Under the pieces are notes generated by a model. The model had not been told where the DNA came from. It did no database searches and saw only the letters and a program-made list of their open reading frames with translations. A program made the translations under genes and the position numbers. This document shows, one piece after another, positions 14,151 through 26,209 of a stretch of 64,000 bases of DNA; position 1 is the first letter of the stretch, and each line of letters begins with the position of its first letter. The stretch comes from Eledone cirrhosa (lineage: Eukaryota): the NCBI GenBank assembly GCA_964016885.1, contig OZ024741.1, positions 414,284,001 to 414,348,000 of the forward strand, in the 5' to 3' direction.

Positions 14151-15606
14151 TATGAACTTTTAAACAAGACCAACTGTGCCTGGAGCTATGCAGATGACTA
14201 CATACGCATAATGGATATCGCACCCACACGGTCACCAGTACTGTTCATCCTGCTGTATGTAAATATCCGTGCGCGGGATATCCCTGAGTACATTTTCTTG
14301 ACCATCAATTGTTAATTGATTGTTTGTTAATTAGGCAGGAATATAACATTAAGTCTGTGTTAATCCTATGTGTTGCTGTATGTGTGTAAAGTATCCGAGC
14401 GCCGGATATCCCTGAGCAAATTTTGCCTGACTGTTAATAGCGTATTGATTACTTGTTAATTAGGCAGGAATATATTATTATGTCTTTGTTAATCCTTCAT
14501 TTTTTGATAGTACATTATTAGATTACTGAAGCTACCTTATACCTTCTTAAAAATACATTTTATAATTATTGTCTTTTTGCTTATGTATTTTCTTATTTAC
14601 CACTTTCTTTAATCTTGCCCAACTTGATAAACTATTTGAATTGCTCCCTAATTAAATTACTTAAATTATTGTATCTATTATGCCTGAAGCAGTCCTTTGA
14701 AAATTTCTGGGATATCCCAAATACCGTAATTTTTAACTTTTAATTTATAATTTTCCTCAATTCGTTTATATATATCCTTAAAGGCTCTCTAAAATTTTAA
14801 TTCTTCGAAGGGTCTCTCGGAGGAGGCCCATATTAAAAATATTAAAAATATTAAAGGGGCCTTTTCTGAGAGATTTATTGAAGGCTCTTTAAATTAACCT
14901 TTAATTGATTAGTTTCTTTCAACTTAGTAGGGAATATCAAAACCTCGTAAGTTTTCTGAAATTTGTTAACGTGATCTCGGGGGAAGAAAGTTTTTTTCTT
15001 TCGAAAAAAAATTTTTCTATCGAAGGAATTTCTTAGCAAACTTTATATTTTTAGGGAAACTCTATATTTTTATTTTTTTATTTTATTAGCCTCTTAATTT
15101 CTCCTAGTTTATTAGGTTTATTGGAGCCTGTAAGCTTTATGCACTTATTGAGGGATTTTTTAAGGTGCTTCTACGGGATCCCAAGTCTTCTAATTTAATC
15201 TTCACTTTTAATGCGTAAATTATATATTATCTAATTTTTAACCTTCAATCCCTGACCCCGACAACTAATATAAAAGAGCCCCCTTAGAATATAGACCCCA
15301 ACTATACAAGCGGAGCTGCTGATGTATACCACAATTTCAAACTGCTAGCCTTGAGTGATACGTTGATATAAACAATGATCCTACAATCACATGTTATATG
15401 CCTTGAAAAGTCCCACCATGTGGTCGGACGAAACGGCTGTCGGCAATAAACTTGTTATAATGTCATAATAGTTCCTTTGTTCTTTTTCACTAATATTTCT
15501 GCTCTGCTTACACGCATAGAGCTTAACTAGCTACCGTCACATATTTGGTAGGTCAGACGTGATCATCGCGATTCACATACGACCTACCATACATCTTGCT
15601 TATTTA
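14151..15606 (+). repeat. 5' pLTR (~1.46 kb)
   Basis: tatgaacttttaaacaagacc...catcttgcttattta, repeated at 19472-20955. Confidence 0.93.
15399..15445 (+). ncRNA. Hammerhead ribozyme, U3-A8 core variant
   Basis: tgcc-TTGAAAA-gtcc(caccatgtggtc)ggac-GAAA-cggct-GTC-ggca followed by AATAAA. Confidence 0.75.
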
Positions 15607-15679
15607 GCTCCCTCCGGTAGAGCTTAACCTTCATTGAAAAACACACCGCCCTGGGGTGGCTTTTCAATACACTGACAGT

Positions 15680-18272
15680 ATGCTGACAAAGGACCATCTT
15701 CCGTTATCACTTAAGAATATACCCATACCACCAAGGGGTACTTATGAAAAGCAGCTTATAACCAGCGTTAACTCGTTTGTAAGGAGAATAAGATGGCGCA
15801 CATTTCACTTCGATAGGCGCCGTAGCGCCCCACTAGAGAGTCCATCGAATAATAAGTATGGATTTAGGACATTTAGGAGCCCACCCCATAACCCTCTACT
15901 CGATAAATTTGAGAGTGACCTATTTTCTCTCGTCCGGTCTATTAGATATAAAAGGAAAAACGGTAAGCGTAGCGGCTTCCAAACTAAGTTAGAATCACTA
16001 GTTAAATCTTTTAAGGACAGAAATTGTATACTCGTATCCTCGGACAAGACTAGGAATATGTACAACCTGAGTTATGAAGAATACCGTGGTTTCATATACA
16101 ATGAACTACATAAAAACTATAAAAAAACCACTGTAGCCAACCTAGATGAGATTAACAGGGAGGCTAAAGTGATAGTAACGAAGCTAGGATTAGAGAAATG
16201 CACACAACCTTATAACCCCCCGACAACCAAGGTTCACATTGAAAGATCATATGGAGGACTTTGCAAGTAGCCCCTCTGTCAGGCTCATTAGCCCCTCTAA
16301 ATCTGACATAGGGATTATAAGTAAAAAAATACTAGATGAAGTCATACCGAAAGTTAAAGACAGGATTAGCCTGGACCTATGGGGAAACACTGCAGAAGTG
16401 ATAAAGTGGTTCTCAAGCATTAGCAACCACAAATCACTACGCTTCATCCAGTTCGATATAGACTCCTACTATACGTCTATATCCCCCATACTACTAAATA
16501 AGGCGCTCATGATGGCAATGCGGACGGGCGGACTCACTAGATCCCAGATTGACATAGTCCTTGCCGCTCGTAAAACAATTATCACATTTGAGGATGAACT
16601 GTGGACGCGCAAGAACACTCGTAACAACTTTGACATCACTATGGGGTCTAGCGACTCAGCGCAGGTGACAGACCTCGTCGGATTGTACTTGCTCAAGGAG
16701 CTCAACGAGCAGCTCCCACACCTCAGAGGTGGGCTATACCGTGACGACGCATTGCTTACTGTGGACTTTAAACGACACAACCTAGAAAGAACTAGAAAGG
16801 ACGTATATAAATTCTTCAAGAATTTTAACCTATCAATAACTATGGATAGAAATAGTAAGGTAGTCAACTTTCTAGATGCCACACTAGACCTAGATAAGTT
16901 AGAATATGCACCCTACCATAAACCTAACGAAAGGCTGACATACGTCAATGCCAGCTCCAACCACCCAGGCTCAGTCCTCAAAGCAATAGTTAAGGGAGTA
17001 TCTAGTAGGATTAGCGGACTATCTAGCAACGTGACCGCATTTGAAGCGAACGCGGAGTATTACAATAAGGCGCTAGCTGGGTCAGGGCACAAAGATAAAC
17101 TCCATTATGTTGAGACAGGCGGCACCACCCCACCACCCCAATCCAGCACTGTAATCACGCATAATATGTCCATGGGAGATGGAGGGAGAGCTAGAAAGAC
17201 GAATAGGGACAATAGGAATTTAGCTAGGAACAACAACACTCGCAACGCAGACACGGATAGGGCCCACACGCCTGGTAAGCGCTACGCCGCCCCAAGCAAG
17301 TCCAGCAGTAAAAATGGGGGCCAGAGGCCTAGGAGACTCGAGACCAACACACATACCACTGGGAGCCCAGCAACCACACCTGGTAGAACCCGTAATAATA
17401 TAGATGAAGGGAGGGTAAGCAGCATAGGGGATAAGAAACGCAGTGGAAGGAATAGAAGACGTGATAGTACCTTCTTTAACCCGCCCTTCAACTCTAATGT
17501 TACTACAGACCTCCCCAAATCTTTTTTCTCTTTAATAGATAAGAACTTCCCCCCAGGTAGTAGGTACGGTAGTGTCATCAATAAGAATACTATCAAGCTA
17601 TCGTACTCAACAACCCCTAATCTGGCCTCTCACCTAGCTAAGACCAATAAGAGTAAGATTAAAGAGGGACTTAAGGCCATCCGAAATAGGGAACCACGCC
17701 AGTACACACGACAACACGGGACCAACCCACTGAGTGAAAGACCCAGGGGGATAACAGGCAATAGAACCGGTCCCACTAGGCAGCCCCGCGGCTGCTTGGA
17801 GGGACATGCACCCCTGATTGAGGAGCATGACCCTATTAAAAAGTGTAATTGCAGAAGGAAGGACAAATGCCCACTAGCTGGACACTGCCTTATTAGGAAC
17901 GTGGTATATGCTTGTAACGTAACCACAGACACGTATACTAAGACGTATGTGGGATCAACCGCTAACCAGTTCAAGACAAGATTCAACGCCCACCAGCATA
18001 GCTTCCGATATGAGAAGCTTAAAAATACCACGTCGTTAGCGGGGCACATACATAACTTAAAACAAACAAAAACCCCCTACACACTAAGCTGGAGATGCCT
18101 TACTAAAGCTCCTCCATATAGCTCGTTGAGCAGGTTTTGTAGCTTGTGCCTATCTGAATCTCATGCCATAGTATTCTCAGGACTCAACTTGCTCAACAGG
18201 AGATCAGAAATCTTCTCGTCCTGCCCCCATACTATACTTAGCTCTTTCTTTTTCTTCAGACCAGACACATAG
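15680..18272 (+). CDS. Naiad-type PLE polyprotein (~860 aa, RT + GIY-YIG) with one extra C in a C6 run at 16216-16221
   Basis: SLKNIPIP, SDKTRNMY, (F)TLKDH, RLISPSKSDIG, FIQFDIDSYY, YRDD, FFNPPF, CNCRRKDKCPL, VVY..YVGST, CSLCLSE; removing one C joins ORFs 15656-16270 and 16239-18272. Confidence 0.9.
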
Positions 18273-19471
18273 CCCTGACACCACCCTGTCCCGCACTTGG
18301 CAGCCCCGCTGGCGAACAGGGTGCTCTTTAGTAACCCCGGCCGCATAGATGCCTCGGCTTCCCGATGGGGACTCTGGTGAGGAACAGACGATCCTGTGTC
18401 CCACTTGGCAACTTGGGATTGGTGGCAGCATTGTTGCTGGGCACCCTGGGGGCAGCTGATGCCTGCGTGTAGGACATTGTGAGTGCCTGGACCCACGTTG
18501 ACTAATCTGGGAAGGTGCCGTCGGAGATGTATGTCAACAAACTCGGGAACATGCCCAGGGAAACAGTAACAAAACACCCAATATGGTGGCCGCTCCCTGC
18601 CTATAACCAATCAACCCCCCCTCCCCTAGTAAACCCTCGCCCAAATAGATGCCCCTGCCCATTCTCCCCCACTCACTTCTTTTGAGTTAGTTCTTCTTTA
18701 TTATTAGTGATTAGTTCTTTACTAATAGGGATTTTTTTGTATTTTACCACAGTTGACTTAATGGGCTTGGAGAGTTGACTCCCTTGATGTCTGACCACTC
18801 AATAAGTTAGGGGTTGTGCCCCTTGAACAGGGGTGTATCTAGCTGGTCTACCTGCTGTCTGCTACTACCCGAGACTGGACACGGTCGTAGCCACAGGCCA
18901 GCGTGTGCGCGATAGCATAGAATATATATTTTCTGCTAGTCACCCCGTGTATTATGATACCCCAAGATTCCATGCACGAGATTCACCGAAGCATGCGCAG
19001 TCTTAACCGGGTGATGACATGCGAACTTGAAAATACCACAAGAGAGACCCTTTGGATAGCGTAGACGCCGGACCATACCCGCAAATATATACCCTGATCT
19101 GTCTTGAATATACAGGGCTGACGGAATATGGATAACACGACCACCATCCAAGCTGGAACCGACCCATACAGCAAACAAAGAGGGGACAGCCCTTCACATT
19201 TGACCAGTCGCGTGTGGGCTTGGAGTTCGTAGTACACCACCCCAGTCAAATCCACACTGGTTTTTTTACCAATATAGCATGTAGACCAATACATCCTATG
19301 TAGCGAGACCTTGGATTTAGAACCGGCAGGCTCATTTATCGCAAATGCGTGCAACCCCCGAAACTAAAAGATCGAACGAACCACACCCAGCAACCACTAG
19401 CTATTTGATCCACAGGTACATTTCCCAGAGAGTCCACACAGCTGATAGTGAATCACAGTTGATCCGTGGAC

Positions 19472-20955
19472 TATGAACTTTTAAACAAGACCAACTGTGC
19501 CTGGAGCTATGCAGATGACTACATACGCATAATGGATATCGCACCCACACGGTCACCAGTACTGTTCATCCTGCTGTATGTAAATATCCGTGCGCGGGAT
19601 ATCCCTGAGTACATTTTCTTGACCATCAATTGTTAATTGATTGTTTGTTAATTAGGCAGGAATATAACATTAAGTCTGTGTTAATCCTATGTGTTGCTGT
19701 ATGTGTGTAAAGTATCCGAGCGCCGGATATCCCTGAGCAAATTTTGCCTGACTGTTAATAGTGTATTGATTACTTGTTAATTAGGCAGGAATATATTATT
19801 ATGTCTTTGTTAATCCTTCATTTTTTGATAGTACATTATTAGATTACTGAAGCTACCTTATACCTTCTTAAAAATACATTTTATAATTATTGTCTTTTTG
19901 CTTATGTATTTTCTTATTTACCACTTTCTTTAATCTTGCCCAACTTGATAAACTCTTTGAATTGCTCCCTAATTAAATTACTTAAATTACTTAAATTATT
20001 GTATCTATTATGCCTAAGTTGAAGCAGCCCTGTTGAAGCAGCCCTTTGAAAATTCCTCGGATATCCCAAATACCATAATTTTTAACTTTTAATTTATAAT
20101 TTTCCTCAATTCGTTTATATATATCCTTAAAGGCTCTCTAAAATTTTAATTCTTCGAAGGGTCTCTCGGAGGAGGCCCATATTAAAAATATTAAAAATAT
20201 TAAAGGGGCCTTTTCTGAGAGATTTATTGAAGGCTCTTTGAATTAACCTTTAATTGATTAGTTTCTTTCAACTTAGTAGGGAATATCAAAACCTCGTAAG
20301 TTTTCTGAAATTTGTTAACGTGATCTCGGGGGAAGAAAGTTTTTTTCTTTCGAAAAAAAATTTTTCTATCGAAGGAATTTCTTAGCAAACTTTATATTTT
20401 TAGGGAAACTCTATATTTTTATTTTTTTATTTTATTAGCCTCTTAATTTCTCCTAGTTTATTAGGTTTATTGGAGCCTGTAAGCTTTATGCACTTATTGA
20501 GGGATTTTTTAAGGTGCTTCTACGGGATCCCAAGTCTTCTAATTTAATCTTTACTTTTAATGCGTAAATTATATATTATCTAATTTTTAACCTTCAATCC
20601 CTGACCCCGACAACTAATATAAAAGAGCCCCCTTAGAATATAGACCCCAACTATACAAGCGGAGCTGCTGATGTATACCACAATTTCAAACTGCTAGCCT
20701 TCAGTGATACGTTGATATAAACAATGATCTTGCAATCACATGTTATATGACTTGATAAGTCCCACCATGGGGTCGGACGAAACGGCTGTCGGCAATAAAC
20801 TTGTTATAATGTCATAATAGTTCCTTTGTTCTTTTTCACTAACATTTCTGCTCTGCGTATACGCATAGAGCTTAACTAGCTACCGTCACATATTTGGTAG
20901 GTCAGACGTGATCATCGCGATTCACATACGACCTACCATACATCTTGCTTATTTA
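19472..20955 (+). repeat. 3' pLTR (~1.48 kb)
   Basis: Direct copy of 14151-15606 with scattered substitutions and small indels. Confidence 0.93.
20748..20794 (+). ncRNA. Hammerhead ribozyme (3' pLTR copy, core TTGATAA)
   Basis: tgac-TTGATAA-gtcc...ggac-GAAA-cggct-GTC-ggca-ATAAA; one stem I mismatch. Confidence 0.68.
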
Positions 20956-21007
20956 TATATATATATTTATATATATATATATATATACACATATATTTAT
21001 ATATATA

Positions 21008-21514
21008 TGTAGCGACACTGGTTGGTCAGTCTAGTCACTACTTCTGATCAGATCCGAGAATAGTCCTTAGAAGGACTGTTATCGCATACGGTCTGATCAG
21101 ATATGAAGATAGCCTTTAAAAGAACTGTTGAGGATGGACAGACGAAAGCACAAGTTGAAAGGACGAAGCAAGACGAGATGTAAATTCGATCAGTTATTTA
21201 TTTTCACATGAAGCAACGATCGGGTACAAGGCAATGCGTGTGTGAGTGACAAAGCGTGGCAGAGTAAAGGAACAACGATGCGCTAGCTGACTCTGCCAAA
21301 AGTCGACTAGCGAAAGTGTTAGGAACCACTCTATTTATACAGGAACAATCCTTTGTTGTTTAGTCTATGTGTAGGCGTTTATTCTGGTAGGTTCTAATTC
21401 TGGTAGGTTCTAATTCTGGTAGGTTCTAAGGGTTCTTTTGTTTCACGTTGAGTAGCTAGCTAACAGGTAGATGGCGCTGTATATTTCACAGCTGTTATTT
21501 CCGGTGGCTGTACA
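21008..21514 (-). repeat. 3' LTR of the Gypsy element (~507 bp)
   Basis: TGTA...TACA termini; purine tract AGGGGGCTAA immediately upstream on the minus strand (21515-21524); internal 16-bp tandem repeat x3 at 21381-21428. Confidence 0.72.
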
Positions 21515-22444
21515 TTAGCCCCCTGCCAGTTCTTTTGTACAACAAAAGAGCGAAATATCGTATAGGAATGGGCCAGTGGTGCATTTGTCATGACAATAGC
21601 CCCAGGATTGTCCAGCACGTTGTGAAATTTTGTGATCATCGAGTACAGGATAGAGTCGATGTAGATATGATATGGCAAGATGTGTGTGTCAGGAAGAGAA
21701 AAAAGAATAAACTATAAAATGATTTTGACCAGATTTATACAGGCGTGATGAATGAGCCTGTTGCAATTTCGGTTGAGCTGCTTGTGAAATGCGTGACAAA
21801 AAGTCTAACTGGGCAGTGAAGATAACCGTAATGTGTGAACTGAATGGCCGTAAACATGCTGCCTAAAGGTAACAGCTTGCTCCACAGCATATGACTTGAG
21901 CGAATGCATGTGGTAAAAAAAATAGCGAGGCATTCTCGAGCTATTGAGTGAATGTGTACGTGAAAACAGAAGGCCAGTGTTTTGAGAATGTGATTTGTGA
22001 AATGCGTGATCAAAGAGAAAACATTTTGTAGTGTAAGAGTTAGAGGGACAAATATCTATTGCTCCGTGTATGAACCAAAAGGTGAAACAAATGTGGTTTT
22101 GTAGTGTGCATGAAAAACAGAGTATGTACACGCCTTGTATGTATATAAAAATTATGGCAATTACACAATCAATGTTACAGAACAAGAAAAATACAAATTT
22201 TGCAAAACAAGAGAGAGAAGAAAAAAAAATGTTATACACAATGATATACACAATGTTTGTTCTTAAATAGTGTTTGTAATAAATAATGTTCATAATAAAT
22301 AATGTTCTTCGTGACATGAGCACATGGTCACTAAAAATTGCAATTGTTCAAGCAGAAAGTTCATTGTATTTGAAACTGGAAATAGTAAACACAAGAAAAA
22401 TGGAAATGTTTTGCACGAAGAATGATTAAGGAACTCACTTGAGG

Positions 22445-25400
22445 TTAACGGTAATTCGCATATTGTGCCAACTTTGCGCGCCAATGGACGCGTCGTCCAC
22501 TTCTCGTGACTGGAGATGAAACAGGTGGCTCGCTGGGACAGCAATCTGTTGGAGTTTCTGGTGTAGAGACTGTAACAGTATCCATGATGGCTTTTTTTAA
22601 TCTGTCCACGCTGACAGAATTCTGTTTACCATCTAGATCGAGAATAAAATATTTCGGATATTTTTTTAGAACACGATAAGGGCCAGAATATGGAGGTCGA
22701 AGATGAGCTGAGATGGTGTCGTTTCGAACGAAAACGTGTGTCCAATCTTTAATGTCTGAAGGTACGTGTGTGGCCGTGTTCTGTTGACGGGTGCTTGCAG
22801 GAGCAAGGTGAGACATATATTGTCGAAGACGGTGTACGTATGATCCTGGGTCTGGAACATCCTGAGGAGAGATGGGAGCAACCATCTGACCAGGTAGAAC
22901 CAGGGTGGTGCCGTAGACTAATTCTGCAGGTGTGTGTCCGAATTCCTCCTTAACGGTGGATCGAATGCCCAGAAGGATGAGTGGTAGGTATTCAAACCAG
23001 TGGGCCTTGTCTGGATATGCTTTTATTGCAGCTTTCAATTGGCGATGGAATCTTTCCACGAGACCATTAGCTTGCGGGTGATAAGCTGTCGTGCGGATGT
23101 GTTTACATCCTAACAGGCAAGTCAGTTCCCTGAAGAGGTGGGAGTTAAATTGGCGTCCTCTGTCCGTTGTTATCTTCGCTGGGGCACCATAACGTGATAC
23201 CCAGTGTAAAACCAAAGTTTTAGCGACTGTTTCTGCTGAGGTATCATTTATGGGAAAAGCCTCAGGCCAACGAGAAAATCGATCGATGCAGGTGAGCAAG
23301 TGTGTGTAGTTCTGTGATGGTGGTAGCGGTCCGATGATGTCGATATGCACATGATGAAAACGTGCATCAGGTTGCGCGAATGTGCCGAGTGGAGATTTGA
23401 TGTGTCTGTGGACTTTGGCTTTCTGGCAGGCAATGCAGCTCCTGGACCAGTCGCGCACGTCCTTGTTAATGTTAGTCCACACAAAACGAGCAGAGATGAG
23501 TTTCTGTGTAGCCCGGATTCCCGGGTGAGACAAGCAGTGTAAAGCAGAAAAAACTTGTCGACGATGCATCTGTGGTACGTACGGTCGTTCATGACCGGTA
23601 GAAAGGTCGCACCAAATTTGTCCTGGAGAAGAAGGAATGGGAACTTGAGGGATGGCGAATCTCGGAGTTTCATAAACTCTTCGTCAGTCTCTTGGTCAGC
23701 TGCGATTTGTTGAAGGTCGATGCCTGAATGCACATGTATTGCGTTCAGCTGGATTCGGGACAGTGCGTCGGCTGCTACGTTGTGTGATCCCTTGATATGC
23801 CGAATATCAGTTGAATATTGGGAGACAAAATCCAGGTGTCGGAGTTCTCTTGGTGAATGTCGATCAGGTTTGGTACGGAACGCATAAACTAGTGGTTTAT
23901 GGTCCGTGTAGATCACGAAATCTGATCCTTCGAGCAAGTGCCGAAAATGCTTAACCGAAAGGTAGGTTGCCAAGAGTTCGCGGCCAAAGGTACAGTATTT
24001 CGTTTCTGCCGGTTGCAACCGCTTAGAAAAGAAGGATAAGGGTTGCCACACGCCGTCGACATGTTGTTGTAGAACGCCTCCAACCCCCGTGTCTGATGCG
24101 TCCACTAGCGGCGAAAGAGGAGCGCCAGACCTGAGGAAAACGAGCATGGAAGCGTTTGCCAACATTTCCTTCAGGCGGTTAAAAGATGTTAATTCTTCCT
24201 CGTTTAGAGTGATCTCTTCGTTTTTGCGAGTCCGGTTACGAAGAAGGTCCGTGAGGAGTCTGGCTGCGTCGGAACAATGAGAGATGAACCGCCTATAAAA
24301 ATTCACCAGACCGAGGAATTCACGCAGTTTCTAAAGTGATGTAGGTGCGGGAAAACTGCGGATAGCTTCTACTTTCTCGGGAAGTGGACGAATGCCGTCT
24401 TTATCGATGATGTGCCCGAGAAAGGACAGTGAAGGAACGCCGAGAAGGCACTTGCTGGGGTTGATGATGATACCATACTCAGCCAAACGTCGGAAAAGGA
24501 GATCTAAGTGCTTCTCGTGTTCATTCTCGGAAGCACTTGCTAGCAGTACGTCGTCAATATACGCGTATACGAAGGGTAGATCGCGTAACACGGTGTCAAT
24601 GAACCGCTGAAAAGTTTGTGCAGCGTTGCGCAGACCGAACGGCATTCGCAGGAATTCGAATAAACCGAACGGTGTTGTGATTGCGGTCTTCGGAATGTCT
24701 GCAGGCTCCATAAGTATCTGGTTATATGCACGCACCAGATCTACCTTGGAAAAGATACGTGCGCCTTGCAGAGAGGCAGAAAAATCGTGCAGGTGAGGTA
24801 CAGGGTAATTATTGGGCACTGTAGAATTGCTAAGTGCACGATAATCCCCACATGGTCGCCAATCATTCTCGTTTTTTTTTGGAACAAGGTGTAGGGGTGC
24901 AGACCAGTTGCTGGAGGAAGGGCGAATGATTCCGAGGTCCAGCATGTGTTGGAACTCCTGCTTGGCGATTCTCAATCGGTCTGGAGGCAGTCTCCTTGGT
25001 CGGGCAGCTGTGGGTGGTCCCTTTGTCTCGATGTGGTGCGTGACACTATGCTTAATGGGACTATCCTTAAATACCGGGCGAGTGATGTCTGGGTATTTCT
25101 GGAGAATGCCATTGTACCGCGAAGGCTCTGACTGGCAAATTACAGGGCTCACTGTGGATTGCGTCGTAAATATACCTCTCACAGTGAGGTTTGTGGTGGT
25201 GTCACTAAGCCTCCGGTTCTTCATATCCACCAGAAGGTTGAAGTGGTGGAGAAAATCGGCTCCTAGGATCGGTGTTGGCAGGTCTGCCACGACGAACACC
25301 CATTGAAAACGCCGCCTCAGGCCTAAATTGAGGGTCAGAGACTTCTCCCCGAAAGTCGGAATTGTCGATCGGTTCACTGCCTGCAGAAAGGACGGGGTTT

Positions 25401-25595
25401 GATGTCTTTTGCCCGAGATTAGTGAAACAGGAATAACACTAACCTGGGCTCCTGTATCCACGAGGTAACGGATGCCTGTCGCTTGGTCGTTAATAAAAAA
25501 TAGACGACTTTTCTTTTCAGTACCAGGGGTGAACGTCGTCGCTAGGCCCTGGGTGGTATTCCGGAAAGAGCACGGGGCTTTGCACTTAGATGCAT
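22445..25595 (-). pseudogene. Gypsy pol (PR-RT-RNase H-IN) broken by frameshifts near 24330 and 23640
   Basis: ORF pieces 24331-25595, 23248-24306 and 22445-23569 carry consecutive domains. Confidence 0.9.
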
Positions 25596-25703
25596 GTATA
25601 TATATATATATATATACACATGTATATATATATATGTATATATATACACACATGTATATATATATATATATACACATGTATATATATATATATATATATA
25701 CAC

Positions 25704-25745
<42 letters not shown>

Positions 25746-25801
25746 ATATATATATATATGATAAAGAACACAAGAGCGTCTACAACATCAAAAGTTTTTT
25801 A

Positions 25802-25851
25802 TAGGCTTACAATGTTTCTTCCTTACGTAACCGTAGGATTCGTCAGAGCTA
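25802..25851 (-). ncRNA. Hammerhead ribozyme in a short orphan pLTR fragment (25760-25945) between (TA)n tracts
   Basis: Minus strand: tagct-CTGACGA-a-tcctacg(gtta)cgtaagga-a-GAAA-catt-GTA-agccta. Confidence 0.75.
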
Positions 25852-25941
25852 CGGCTCTGCTCCAAAGCATAGAGCTAATTATTATGCTGCCAATACCTTA
25901 ATGGGACACGGGTATACAATACCTAACTCCTATTAACCTAA

Positions 25942-26004
<63 letters not shown>

Positions 26005-26031
26005 TATATATATACACATATATATATATAT

Positions 26032-26093
<62 letters not shown>

Positions 26094-26142
26094 GTATATA
26101 TATATATATAAGATCAAAAGATGGTTAAAGGAGTTCCATGTA

Positions 26143-26209
26143 TTTTATTATGCGCATTTCAAAAACAAACATCATCATGCAATAATATTTGTCTTTTCAT
26201 CAGATAAAA
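26143..26209 (-). ncRNA. Type I hammerhead ribozyme, canonical core
   Basis: Minus strand: ttttat-CTGATGA-aaagacaaa...tttgttttt-GAAA-tgcgc-ATA-ataaaa; palindromic stem III atgcgcat. Confidence 0.8.

Larger units (their letters stand above)
14151..20955 (+). mobile_element. Full-length Naiad-type PLE with direct pLTRs, inserted in (TA)n
   Basis: Direct repeats 14151-15606 and 19472-20955 flank a near-intact RT-GIY-YIG ORF; (TA)n on both sides. Confidence 0.93.
21008..25595 (-). mobile_element. Ty3/Gypsy LTR retrotransposon (CsRn1-like), 5'-truncated at a (TA)n tract
   Basis: Gag knuckle remnant ASKCKAPC, protease [15 protein letters not shown], RNase H VDASDTGVGGVL, integrase [28 protein letters not shown]. 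Confidence 0.93.

Noticed and set aside
15680-18400. Selenoprotein-type Naiad (in-frame UGA + SECIS)
   Set aside because: Conserved Cys positions are TGT/TGC codons in the Naiad ORFs read here; no in-frame TGA seen and no convincing SECIS by eye (a SECISearch run would settle it)
18300-19470. Second gene in the Naiad 3' region (ORFs 18161-18610, 18983-19354)
   Set aside because: No recognisable motifs and no counterpart in the tails of the other Naiad copies
21525-22440. env-like ORF between Gypsy integrase and LTR
   Set aside because: Only short AT-rich ORFs with no recognisable envelope features
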